The translations under genes were made by a program, and so were the position numbers. The notes beneath the pieces were generated by a model. That model worked only from the letters and a program-made list of their open reading frames with translations. It was not told the origin of the DNA and did not search any database. From the NCBI GenBank assembly GCA_964016885.1, contig OZ024744.1, positions 136,435,334 to 136,499,333 of the forward strand: a stretch of 64,000 bases of DNA. The letters run 5' to 3'. The DNA is from Eledone cirrhosa (lineage: Eukaryota). Positions 15,001 through 26,836 of the stretch are shown piece by piece (the stretch's first letter is position 1; each line of letters opens with the position of its first letter).

Positions 15001-18000
15001 TGTCTGAGAGGGATAGAATGTAGTGTGCGAGAGAGGAGACTGAGGTGGTATGGACATGTGATGTGTTGAGAGAGAAACTGTGTCTGAGAGGGATAGAATG
15101 TAGTGTGCGAGAGAGGAGACTGAGGTGGTATGGACATGTGATGACTTGAGAGAGAAACTGTCTGAGAGGGATAGAATGTAGTGTGCGAGAGGGGAGACTG
15201 AGGTAGTATAGACATGTGATGAATTGAGAGAGAAACTGTGTCTGAGAGGGATAGAATGTAGTGTACGGGAGAGGAGACAGGTGGTATGAACATGTGATGA
15301 GTTGAGAGAGAAACTGTGTCTGAGAGAGATAGAATGTAGTGTGTGAGAGAGGAGACTGAGGTGGTATGGACATGTGATGTGTTGAGAGAGAAACTGTGTC
15401 TGAGAGTGATAGAATGTAGTGTACGGGAGAGGAGACTTAGGTAGTATGGACATGTGATGAGTTGAGAGAGAAACTGTGTCTGAGAGGGATAGAATGTAGT
15501 GTGAGAGAGAGGAGACTGAGGTGGTATGGACATGTGATGAGTTGAGAGAGAAACTGCTTCTGAGAGGGATAGAATGTAGTGTGCGAGAGAGGAGACTGAG
15601 GTGGTATGGACATGTGATGTGTTGAGAGAGAAACTGTGTCTGAGAGGGATAGAATGTGGTGTACGGGACAGGAGACTGAGGTGGTATGGACATGTGATGA
15701 ATCGAGAGAGAAACTGTGTCTGAGAGAGATAGAATGTAGTGTGCGAGAAAGGAGACAGGTGGTATTGACATGTGATGAGTTGAGAGAGAAACTGTCTGAG
15801 AGAGATATAATGTAGTGTGCGAGAGAGGAGACTGAGCTGGTATGGACATGTGATGTGTTGAGAGAGAAACCGTGTCTGAGAGGGATAGAATGTAGTATGC
15901 GAGAGAGGAGACTGAGGTGCTATGGACATGTGATGAGTTGAGAGAGAAACTGTGTCTGAGAGGGATAGAATGTAGTGTGTGAGAGAGGAGACTGAGGTGG
16001 TATGGACATGTGATGAGTTCAGAGAGAAACTGTGTCTGAGAGGGATAGAATGAAGTGTGCGAGAGAGGAGACTGAGGTGGTATGGACATGTGATGAGTTG
16101 AGAGAGAAACTGTGTCTGAGAGTGATAGAATGTAGTGTGTGAGAGAGGAGACTGAGGTGGTATAGACATGTGATGTGTTGAGAGAGAAACTGTGTCTGAG
16201 AGGGATAGAATGTAGTGTGCGAGAGAGGAGACAGGTGGTATGGACATGTGATGAGTTGAGAGAGAAACCGTGTCTGAGAGGGATAGAATGTAGTGTGCGA
16301 GAGAGGAGACTGAGGTGGTATAGACATGTGATGTGTTGAGAGAGAAACTGTGTCTGAGAGGGATAGAATGTAGTGTACGGGAGAGGAGACAGGTGGTATG
16401 AACATGTGATGAGTTGAGAGAGAAACTGTGTCTGAGAGAGATAGAATGTAGTGTGTGAGAGAGGAGACTGAGGTGGTATGGACATGTGATGTGTTGAGAG
16501 AGAAACTGTTTCTGAGAGGGATAGAATGTAGTGTGCGAGAGAGGAGACTGAGGTGGTATGGACATGTGATGAGTTGAGAGTGAAACTGTGTCTGAGAGAG
16601 ATAGAATGTAGTGTGTGAGAGAGGAGACTGAGGTGGTATGGACATGTGATGTGTTGAGAGAGAAACTGTGTCTGAGAGTGATAGAATGTAGTGTACGGGA
16701 GAGGAGACTTAGGTAGTATGGACATGTGATGAGTTGAGAGAGAAACTGTGTCTGAGAGGGATAGAATGTAGTGTGAGAGAGAGGAGACTGAGGTGGTATG
16801 GACATGTGATGAGTTGAGAGAGAAACTGCTTCTGAGAGGGATAGAATGTAGTGTGCGAGAGAGGAGACTGAGGTGGTATGGACATGTGATGTGTTGAGAG
16901 AGAAACTGTGTCTGAGAGGGATAGAATGTAGTGTGTGAGAGAGGAGACTGAGGTGGTATGGACATGTGATGTGTTGAGAGAGAAACTGTGTCTGAGAGGG
17001 ATAGAATGTAGTGTGCGAGAGGGGAGACTGAGGTGGTATGGACATGTGATGTGTTGAGAGAGAAACTGTGTCTGAGAGGGATAGAATGTAGTGTGTGAGA
17101 GAGGAGACTGAGGTGGTATGGACATGTGATGTGTTGAGAGAGAAACTGTGTCTGAGAGGGATAGAATGAAGTGTGCGAGAGAGGAGACTGAGGTGGTATG
17201 GACATGTGATGAGTTGAGAGAGAAACTGTGTCTGAGAGGGATAGAATGTAGTCTGTGAGAGAGGAGACTGAGGTGGTATGGACATGTGATGTGTTGAGAG
17301 AGAAACTGTGTCTGAGAGGGATAGAATGTAGTGTGCGAGAGAGGAGACTGAGGTGGTATGGACATGTGATGAGTTGAGAGAGAAACTGTGTCTGAGAGGG
17401 ATAGAATGTAGTCTGTGAGAGAGGAGACTGAGCTGGTATAGACATGTGATGTGTTGAGAGAGAAACCGTGTCTGAGAGGGATAGAATGTAGTGTGCGAGA
17501 GAGGAGACTGAGGTGCTATGGACATGTGATGTGTCGAGAGAGAAACTGTGTCTGAGAGGGATATAATGTAGTGTGCGAGAGAGGAGACTGAGGTGGTATG
17601 GACATGTGATGTGTTGAGAGAGAAACTGTGTCTGAGAGGGATAGAATGTGGTGTACGGGACAGGAGACTGAGGTGGTATGGACATGTGATGAATCGAGAG
17701 AGAAACTGTGTCTGAGAGAGATAGAATGTAGTGTGCGAGAAAGGAGACAGGTGGTATTGACATGTGATGAGTTGAGAGAGAAACTGTCTGAGAGAGATAT
17801 AATGTAGTGTGCGAGAGAGGAGACTGAGCTGGTATGGACATGTGATGTGTTGAGAGAGAAACCGTGTCTGAGAGGGATAGAATGTAGTATGCGAGAGAGG
17901 AGACTGAGGTGCTATGGACATGTGATGAGTTGAGAGAGAAACTGTGTCTGAGAGGGATAGAATGTAGTGTGTGAGAGAGGAGACTGAGGTGGTATGGACA

Positions 18001-21000
18001 TGTGATGAGTTCAGAGAGAAACTGTGTCTGAGAGGGATAGAATGAAGTGTGCGAGAGAGGAGACTGAGGTGGTATGGACATGTGATGAGTTGAGAGAGAA
18101 ACTGTGTCTGAGAGTGATAGAATGTAGTGTGTGAGAGAGGAGACTGAGGTGGTATAGACATGTGATGTGTTGAGAGAGAAACTGTGTCTGAGAGGGATAG
18201 AATGTAGTGTGCGAGAGAGGAGACAGGTGGTATGGACATGTGATGAGTTGAGAGAGAAACCGTGTCTGAGAGGGATAGAATGTAGTGTGCGAGAGAGGAG
18301 ACTGAGGTGGTATAGACATGTGATGTGTTGAGAGAGAAACTGTGTCTGAGAGGGATAGAATGTAGTGTGCGAGAGAGGAGACTGGTGGTATGGACATGTG
18401 ATGAGTTGAGAGAAAAACTGTCTGAGAGGTATAGAATGTAGTGTGCGAGAGAGGAGACTGAGGTGGTATGGACATGTGATGAGTTGAGAGAGAAACTGTC
18501 TCTGAGAGTGATAGAATGTAGTGTGCGAGAGAGGAGACTGGTGGTATGGACATGTGATGAGTTGAGAGAGAAACTGTCTCTGAGAGGGATAGAATGTAGT
18601 GTGCGAGAGAGGAGACAGGTGGTATGGACATGTGATGAGTTGAGAGAGAAACCGTGTCTGAGAGGGATAGAATGTAGTGTGCGAGAGAGGAGACTGAGGT
18701 GGTATAGACATGTGATGTGTTGAGAGAGAAACTGTGTCTGAGAGGGATAGAATGTAGTGTACGGGAGAGGAGACAGGTGGTATGAACATGTGATGAGTTG
18801 AGAGAGAAACTGTGTCTGAGAGGGATAGAATGTAGTGTGCGAGAGAGGAGACTGAGGTGGTATGGACATGTGATGACTTGAGAGAGAAACTGTGTCTGAG
18901 AGAGATAGAATGTAGTTTGTGAGAGAGGAGACTGAGGTGGTATGGACATGTGATGTGTTGTGAGAGAAACTGTGTCTGAGAGGGATAGGATATAGTGTGC
19001 GAGAGGAGGAGACTGAGGTGGTATGGACATGTGATGTGTTGAGAGAGAAACTGTGTCCGAGAGTGATAGAATGTAGTGTAAGAGAGAGGAGACTGAGGTG
19101 GTATGGACATGTGATGAGTTGAGAGAGAAACTGTGTCTGATAGGGATAGAATATAGTGTGCGAGAGGAGGAGACTGAGGTGGTATGGACATGTGATGTGT
19201 TGAGAGAGAAACTGTCTGAGAGGGATAGAATGTAGTGTGTGAGAGAAGAGACTGAGGTGGTATGGACATGTGATGTGTTGAGAGAGAAACTGTGTCTGAG
19301 AGGGATAGAATGTAGTGTGCGAGAGAGGAGACTGGTGGTATGGACATGTGATGAGTTGAGAGAGAAACTGTGTCTGAGAGGGATAGAATGTAGTGTGCGA
19401 GAGAGGAGACTGAGGTGGTATGTACATGTGATGACTTGAGAGAGAAACTGTCTGAGACGGATAGAATGTAGTGTGCGAGAGGGGAGACTGAGGTGGTATG
19501 GACATGTGATGAGTTGAGAGAGAAACTGTGTCTGAGAGGGATAGAATGTAGTGTACGAGAGAGGAGACTGAGGTGGTATGTACATGTGATGAATTGAGAG
19601 AGAAACTGTGTCTGAGAGAGATAGAATGTAGTGTGCGAGAGAGGAGACTGAGGTGGTATGGACATGTGATGTGTTGAGAGAGAAACTGTGTCTGAGAGGG
19701 ATAGAATGTAGTGTACGGGAGAGGAGACAGGTGGTATGGACATGTGATGAGTTGAAAGAGAAACTGTGTCTGAGAGGGATAGAATGTAGTGTGCGAGAGA
19801 GGAGACTGAGGTGGTATGAACATGTGATGAGTTGAAAGAGAAACTGTGTCTGAGAGGGATAGAATGTAGTGTGTGAGAGAGGAGACAGGTGGTATGGACA
19901 TGTGATGAGTTGAGAGAGAAACTCTGTCTGAGAGGGATAGAATGTAGTGTGCGAGAGAGGAGACTGAGGTGGTATGAACATGTGATGAGTTGAAAGAGAA
20001 ACTGTGTCTGAGAGGGATAGAATGTAGTGTGTGAGAGAGGAGACAGGTGGTATGGACATGTGATGAGTTGAGAGAGAAACTGTGTCTGAGAGGGATAGAA
20101 TGTAGTGTACGGGAGAGGAGACAGGTGGTATGAACATGTGATGAGTTGAGAGAGAAACTGTGTCTGAGAGGGATAGAATGTAGTGTGCGAGAGAGGAGAC
20201 TGAGGTGGTATGGACATGTGATGACTTGAGAGAGAAACTGTGTCTGAGAGAGATAGAATGTAGTGTGTGAGAGAGGAGACTGAGGTGGTATGGACATGTG
20301 ATGTGTTGTGAGAGAAACTGTGTCTGAGAGAGATAGAATGTAGTGTGTGAGAGGGGAGACTGAGGTGGTATAGACATGTGATGAGTTGAGAGGGATAGAA
20401 TGTGGTGTGCGAGAGAGGAGACTGAGGTGGTATGGACATGTGATGTGTTGAGAGAGAAACTGTGTCTGAGAGGGATATAATGTAGTGTGCGAGAGAGGAG
20501 ACTGAGGTGGTATGGACATGTGATGTGTTGAGAGAGAAACTGTGTCTGAGAGGGATATAATGTAGTGTGCGAGAGAGGAGACTGAGGTGGTATGGACATG
20601 TGATGTGTTGAGAGAGAAACTGTGTCTGAGAGGGATAGAATGTAGTGTGCGAGAGAGGAGACTGAGGTGGTATGGACATGTGATGAGTTGAGAGAGAAAC
20701 TGTCTGAGAGGGATAGAATGTAGTGTGCGAGAGAGGAGACTGAGGTGGTATGGACATGTGATGTGTTGAGAGAGAAACTGTGTCTGAGAGGGATAGAATG
20801 TAGTGTGCGAGAGAGGAGACTGAGGTGGTATGGACATGTGATGACTTGAGAGAGAAACTATCTGAGAAGGATAGAATGTAGTGTGCGAGAGGGGAGACTG
20901 AGGTAGTATAGACATGTGATGAATTGAGAGAGAAACTGTGTCTGAGAGGGATAGAATGTAGTGTACGGGAGAGGAGACAGGTGGTATGAACATGTGATGA

Positions 21001-23979
21001 GTTGAGAGAGAAACTGTGTCTGAGAGGGATAGAATGTAGTGTGCGAGAGAGGAGACTGAGATGGTATGGACATGTGATGAGTTGAGAGAGAAACTGTGTC
21101 TGAGAGAGATAGAATGTAGTGTGTGAGAGAGGAGACTGAGGTGGTATGGACATGTGATGTGTTGAGAGAGAAACTGTGTCTGAGAGAGATAGAATGTAGT
21201 GTGTGAGAGGGGAGACTGAGGTGGTATGGACATGTGATGAGTTGAGAGAGAAACTGTCTGAGAGGGATAGAATGTAGTGTGCGAGAGAGGAGACTGAGGT
21301 GGTATGGACATGTGAAGTGTTGAGAGAGAAACTGTGTCTGAGAGAGATAGAATGTAGTGTGTGTGAGAGGAGACTGAGGTGGTATGGACATGTGATGTGT
21401 TGTGAGAGAAACTGTGTCTGAGAGAGATAGAATGTAGTGTGTGAGAGGGGAGACTGAGGTGGTATAGACATGTGATGAGTTGAGAGAGAAACTGTGACTG
21501 AGAGGGATAGAATGTGGTGTGCGAGAGAGGAGACTGAGGTGGTATGGACATGTGATGTGTTGAGAGAGAAACCGTGTCTGAGAGGGATAGAATGTAGTGT
21601 GCGAGAGAGGAGACTGAGGTGCTATGGACATGTGATGTGTCGAGAGAGAAACTGTGTCTGAGAGGGATATAATGTAGTGTGCGAGAGAGGAGACTGAGGT
21701 GGTATGGACATGTGATGTGTTGAGAGAGAAACTGTGTCTGAGAGGGATATAATGTAGTGTGCGAGAGAGGAGACTGAGGTGGTATGGACATGTGATGTGT
21801 TGAGAGAGAAACTGTGTCTGAGAGGGATAGAATGTAGTGTGCGAGAGAGGAGACTGAGGTGGTATGGACATGTGATGAGTTGAGAGAGAAACTGTCTGAG
21901 AGGGATAGAATGTAGTGTGCGAGAGAGGAGACTGAGGTGGTATGGACATGTGATGTGTTGAGAGAGAAACTGTGTCTGAGAGGGATAGAATGTAGTGTGC
22001 GAGAGAGGAGACTGAGGTGGTATGGACATGTGATGACTTGAGAGAGAAACTGTCTGAGAGGGATAGAATGTAGTGTGCGAGAGGGGAGACTGAGGTAGTA
22101 TAGACATGTGATGAATTGAGAGAGAAACTGTGTCTGAGAGGGATAGAATGTAGTGTACGGGAGAGGAGACAGGTGGTATGAACATGTGATGAGTTGAGAG
22201 AGAAACTGTGTCTGAGAGGGATAGAATGTAGTGTGCGAGAGAGGAGACTGAGGTGGTATGGACATGTGATGAGTTGAAAGAGAAACTGTGTCTGAGAGAG
22301 ATAGAATGTAGTGTGTGAGAGAGGAGACTGAGGTGGTATGGACATGTGATGTGTTGAGAGAGAAACTGTGTCTGAGAGAGATAGAATGTAGTGTTCGAGA
22401 GAGGAGACTGAGGTGGTATGGACATGTGATGTGTTGAGAGAGAAACTGTGTCTGAGAGTGATAGAATGTAGTGTGCGAGAGAGGAGACTGAGGTGGTATG
22501 GACATGTGATGTGTTGAGAGAGAAACTGTGTCTGAGAGGGATAGAATGTAGTGTGCGAGAGGGGAGACTGAGGTGGTATGGACATGTGATGTGTTGAGAG
22601 AGAAACTGTGTCTGAGAGGGATAGAATGAAGTGTGCGAGAGAGGAGACTGAGGTGGTATGGACATGTGATGTGTTGAGAGAGAAACTGTGTCTGAGAGGG
22701 ATAGAATGTAGTGTGCGAGAGGGGAGACTGAGGTGGTATGGACATGTGATGTGTTGAGAGAGAAACTGTGTCTGAGAGGGATAGAATGAAGTGTGCGAGA
22801 GAGGAGACAGGTGGTATGGACATGTGATGAGTTGAGAGAGAAACTGTGTCTGAGAGGGATATAATGTAGTCTGTGAGAGAGGAGACTGAGGTGGTATGGA
22901 CATGTGATGTGTTGAGAGAGAAACTGTGTCTGAGAGGGATAGAATGTAGTGTGCGAGAGAGGAGACTGAGGTGGTATGGACATGTGATGAGTTGAGAGAG
23001 AAACTGTGTCTGAGAGGGATAGAATGTAGTCTGTGAGAGAGGAGACTGAGCTGGTATGGACATGTGATGTGTTGAGAGAGAAACCGTGTCTGAGAGGGAT
23101 AGAATGTAGTGTGCGAGAGAGGAGACTGAGGTGCTATGGACATGTGATGTGTCGAGAGAGAAACTGTGTCTGAGAGGGATATAATGTAGTGTGCGAGAGA
23201 GGAGACTGAGGTGGTATGGACATGTGATGTGTTGAGAGAGAAACTGTGTCTGAGAGGGATAGAATGTGGTGTACGGGTCAGGAGACTGAGGTGGTATGGA
23301 CATGTGATGAATCGAGAGAGAAACTGTGTCTGAGAGAGATAGAATGTAGTGTGCGAGAAAGGAGACAGGTGGTATTGACATGTGATGAGTTGAGAGAGAA
23401 ACTGTCTGAGAGAGATATAATGTAGTGTGCGAGAGAGGAGACTGAGCTGGTATGGACATGTGATGTGTTGAGAGAGAAACCGTGTCTGAGAGGGATAGAA
23501 TGTAGTATGCGAGAGAGGAGACTGAGGTGCTATGGACATGTGATGAGTTGAGAGAGAAACTGTGTCTGAGAGGGATAGAATGTAGTGTGTGAGAGAGGAG
23601 ACTGAGGTGGTATGGACATGTGATGAGTTCAGAGAGAAACTGTGTCTGAGAGGGATAGAATGAAGTGTGCGAGAGAGGAGACTGAGGTGGTATGGACATG
23701 TGATGAGTTGAGAGAGAAACTGTGTCTGAGAGTGATAGAATGTAGTGTGTGAGAGAGGAGACTGAGGTGGTATAGACATGTGATGTGTTGAGAGAGAAAC
23801 TGTGTCTGAGAGGGATAGAATGTAGTGTGCGAGAGAGGAGACAGGTGGTATGGACATGTGATGAGTTGAGAGAGAAACTGTGTCTGAGAGGGATAGAATG
23901 TAGTGTGCGAGAGAGGAGACTGAGGTGGTATGGACATGTGATGTGTTGAGAGAGAAACTGTGTCTCAGAGGGATAGAAT
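1..23979. repeat. 80-bp tandem satellite (77/78/80-bp variants, ~300 copies) with higher-order duplications, derived from RTE-LINE coding sequence
   Basis: Monomer AGTTGAGAGAGAAACTGTGTCTGAGAGGGATAGAATGTAGTGTGCGAGAGAGGAGACTGAGGTGGTATGGACATGTGATG repeats to 23979. Variant blocks recur at offsets of 15230 bp (789/16019, 3233/18463) and 2462 bp (11677/14139). The + frame reads ELREKLCLRGIECSVRERRLRWYGHVM. Confidence 0.97.
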
Positions 23980-23980
23980 A

Positions 23981-25017
23981 CCAGATAGAAAAATGCGTAC
24001 AGCAAAAAAAAGTAATATCGTTGGAATATAAACCTTTAAAAATACAGGACAAGAAACTAAAATAAAACTTTAAAAGAATAGGACAAGAAACTAAGATAAA
24101 ACATTAAAGAATTGGACAAGAAATAAAAAATTTTACAATAATATTAGTGGCAAAATTTTTATTGGTAAAAAATCGAGTTCCACATTCAGAGGGCGTCGTC
24201 AGACCGGAGGGATCATTTGATCCTGGTTTGAACACCAATTGGGCCATAACCATACCCCTAGTTTATCAATCGGCGACACGCCTCATGTGTCATGCATAAT
24301 GTGAATGGACCCATGGGCCCATGAGCACAGATCTTGAGCAGCAGCGGACGGTCTTGTCGTCCCGCTCATCCTTGATCTTGACCAACCCGTCCATCTTCTC
24401 CTTGCATCTTGTCCTTGAGTTCAAGTCCGGCAGTCCAGATGAATGCGTGCCACAGCTTTCTGGTACAGGAAGGGGGAGCAGGAGGACTGGAGGGATGACG
24501 GGACAGAGGGAGGGAGGACCGGTGGTTGAGGGAGGTGCCGTAGTCGGTGGTCAGAGTCGACATCTTGTCCTGGTCGTCTTCTCCATCTTCGTCTGGTGTT
24601 GCGGGACCAGAAGTGCATTCTTGGAGGAGACCTGCAGCTGCATCGGCCAATTCTTCTTGCAATGGTCATTCTGACAGAGCAGAACTGCTCAACCAACCAA
24701 CCCCAACCAGAACCAACCGCTCAGGGGCAACGCACAATGAGAGCATGACAATTATTATGCACTAATCAAGAAGATACTGGGGCATAGCACAGGAAACGAA
24801 TAAAAAAATTTTGCCACTAATATTAATGTAAAATTTTTTATTTCTTGTCCAATTCTTTAAAGTTTTATCTTAGTTTCTTGTCCTATTCTTTTAAAGTTTT
24901 ATCTTAGTTTCTTGTCCTATTCTTTTAAAGTTTTATTTTAGTTTCTTGTCCTGTATTTTTAAAGGTTTATATTCCAACAATATTACTTTTTTTTGCTGTA
25001 CGCATCTTTCTATCTGG
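23981..25017. repeat. 3'-terminal foldback of Helitron A1: inverted arms ~23981-24163 and ~24798-25017 with ~33-bp subrepeats and a GC-rich spacer
   Basis: CCAGATAGAAAAATGCGTACAGC... is mirrored by ...GCTGTACGCATCTTTCTATCTGG. The right arm has one extra ~33-bp subunit. Confidence 0.93.
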
Positions 25018-25288
25018 TCTACTATTTTTTAAGGCAATGCAAGCAACAACTATCTAATAATTAAATGATCATAGTGAATTACTGACAAGTGATTGACATT
25101 TTAAAGTTCTTTTGAGTATAATTGCAATCTAGTTGAGGCAACTGGCTTAATGACAAAGCTAGTAAATCTTGAATGCATTTGAGATGATTAGTGCATAATA
25201 GTGAATTGGTGAAACTTGTGCATTTCAATTGTGTTACAATAGATGTAAGTTATATAGTAGTAATACTTTATCATTTTAACTTTTTAGA

Positions 25289-25648
25289 ATGGACAAAAAC
25301 CCATGCAAAGAAATGACTTTGACTGCAGTGATTCTCTCCAATTTACTTACAAAGCAAAACGTGGTCAAATACCTTATCATCTCTGATAAAATGCCCATTG
25401 AATCACTGAAAATCGGATGCATGGAATTCCTCATAAAATACACCTATGAATCGGAAGCCATCACATATATCAATGGATATAGGGAGTTGTTCACACTGGA
25501 AGACCATCACTTCATTTGTGACTTCATCAGTTATCTCCACGATTATCTCAGACACACAATGCCATTGATGAGAGGTGATCCAATGTGTGAGCATGTAACT
25601 AATCTTATAGAAGTTGTTATCGACCACCTGGCTTTTAGTGACATTTGA
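25289..25648 (+). CDS. 119-aa ORF/exon with BACK-like (BTB-associated) helical motif
   Basis: ILSNLLTKQNVVKYLIISDKMPIESLKIGCMEFL resembles the SPOP/BACK pattern L..NL..EN...L..AD....LK..C..FI. It is preceded by a pyrimidine tract and AG (25286-25287). Confidence 0.4.
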   Translation: MDKNPCKEMTLTAVILSNLLTKQNVVKYLIISDKMPIESLKIGCMEFLIKYTYESEAITYINGYRELFTLEDHHFICDFISYLHDYLRHTMPLMRGDPMCEHVTNLIEVVIDHLAFSDI

Positions 25649-25828
25649 CTGATTTGACTGATAATGATGTATTTTTAAAAAGTATGTGTACATTCTTGTT
25701 ACTATTTTAAGGCAATGCAAGCAACAACTATTTAATAAAATTTAAATTTAAAAATGACCATTGTGCATTACTAGTATGATGACATTTTATTAAGTCACAA
25801 AATTAGTCAGTCAGCCATAGAACAAGGA

Positions 25829-26540
25829 TCAGGTGGCAAAAACATTGGCAAAAATTTGTGTCAATTTAAGATTTCCAACATTGTTCAAATGTATATCTGG
25901 TTTGAAGTCAGATTTGTCAAATTTTGACCAATTTTCAATGTTGTGAAGATTGGGCAAGTTCAATTTTTGAATCATTTCTTTCATGCAGTAATTAAACTTT
26001 TCCAAACGAGAATTTCTCTTGCCCAAGTCATTTTTATTTTCAATTACACTTTGTGGACGTGGAATGACACCACTGTAGAAAATGGGTGTACAGTGGTGCT
26101 TTTCCGCTATTTTCTGTAGCCTTGCAAAGAGACTCTTCCCCTGTTTTTCCGGTTTTGTGCCTCGAATGGGCACTTTGTCCTTAATTTACAAATAAATGAT
26201 TAATAAAAAATACTTGGGCAAAAATTATTGTATTACTTTGCACAGCTTTGTAGTGCCAACGGTGAGACGAGGATACAGATCATTAGAGCCGACATGAACC
26301 ACCAATACTTTCACAAAAGGACAACAGATAACAATGTTGGCGATTAACATTACCTGGCTCTGACGGGCCCCAGGTATACAAAATATCTAAGTATTTTTGT
26401 TGGTATGATAAGTAAATACATTTGAATTAATATTTTTATACCTTCTGGTCATTCGATTTCGCCACATTTCTAATTATTGAATCACCCACAATATACTTGA
26501 ATTGTGGGTAATTTTTATTCAAAAGTGCACAGACGACCAT
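25829..26540 (-). CDS. SGNH/GDSL hydrolase (esterase), three exons 26540-26442, 26386-26237, 26179-25829, ~199 aa
   Basis: All four SGNH blocks occur in order after splicing two phase-0 GT-AG introns (26387-26441, 55 nt; 26180-26236, 57 nt): IVGDSIIR, IPGA, VVHVGSND, PDIHLNNVG. No internal stops. The start codon is uncertain. Confidence 0.85.
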
Positions 26541-26649
26541 TAAACAACGGCCATGGAGATTTGTACCATTCCCATTAAATCCTCGCCCCCAAATTGGATT
26601 AGGGGTGTCCTCGACCAATTGTTGCTACAAATATTCAAGAAATGAGCTA

Positions 26650-26824
26650 GATTCAAATGGGTTTTCCCTCAAAAAACATTTTTTTTTACCGTTTTTTACT
26701 GGTTTTTAATGGAAAAAAAACCGTTTGTAACTTTTTTTGGAAACTTTTTCAAGTCTGGTAAAAAACGTTTTTTTAACCGTTTTTTACTGGTTTTTTAATG
26801 GTAAAAAAACCGTTTGCAACCCTA
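26650..26824. mobile_element. Probable MITE/DNA-transposon remnant
   Basis: Internally duplicated A/T-run motifs (ACCGTTTTTTACTGGTTTTTAATGG) ending ...CCGTTTGCAACCCTAG, a TIR-like end. The partner TIR was not found. Confidence 0.3.
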
Positions 26825-26836
26825 GTCACATATACA

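Noticed and set aside
1-23979. CRISPR-like array
   Set aside because: Contiguous monomers with no unique spacers, no cas genes, and a eukaryotic context.
789-24052. Giant minus-strand ORFs (up to 3091 aa)
   Set aside because: Artefact of a stop-poor satellite strand; all three frames cycle the same repeat peptides.
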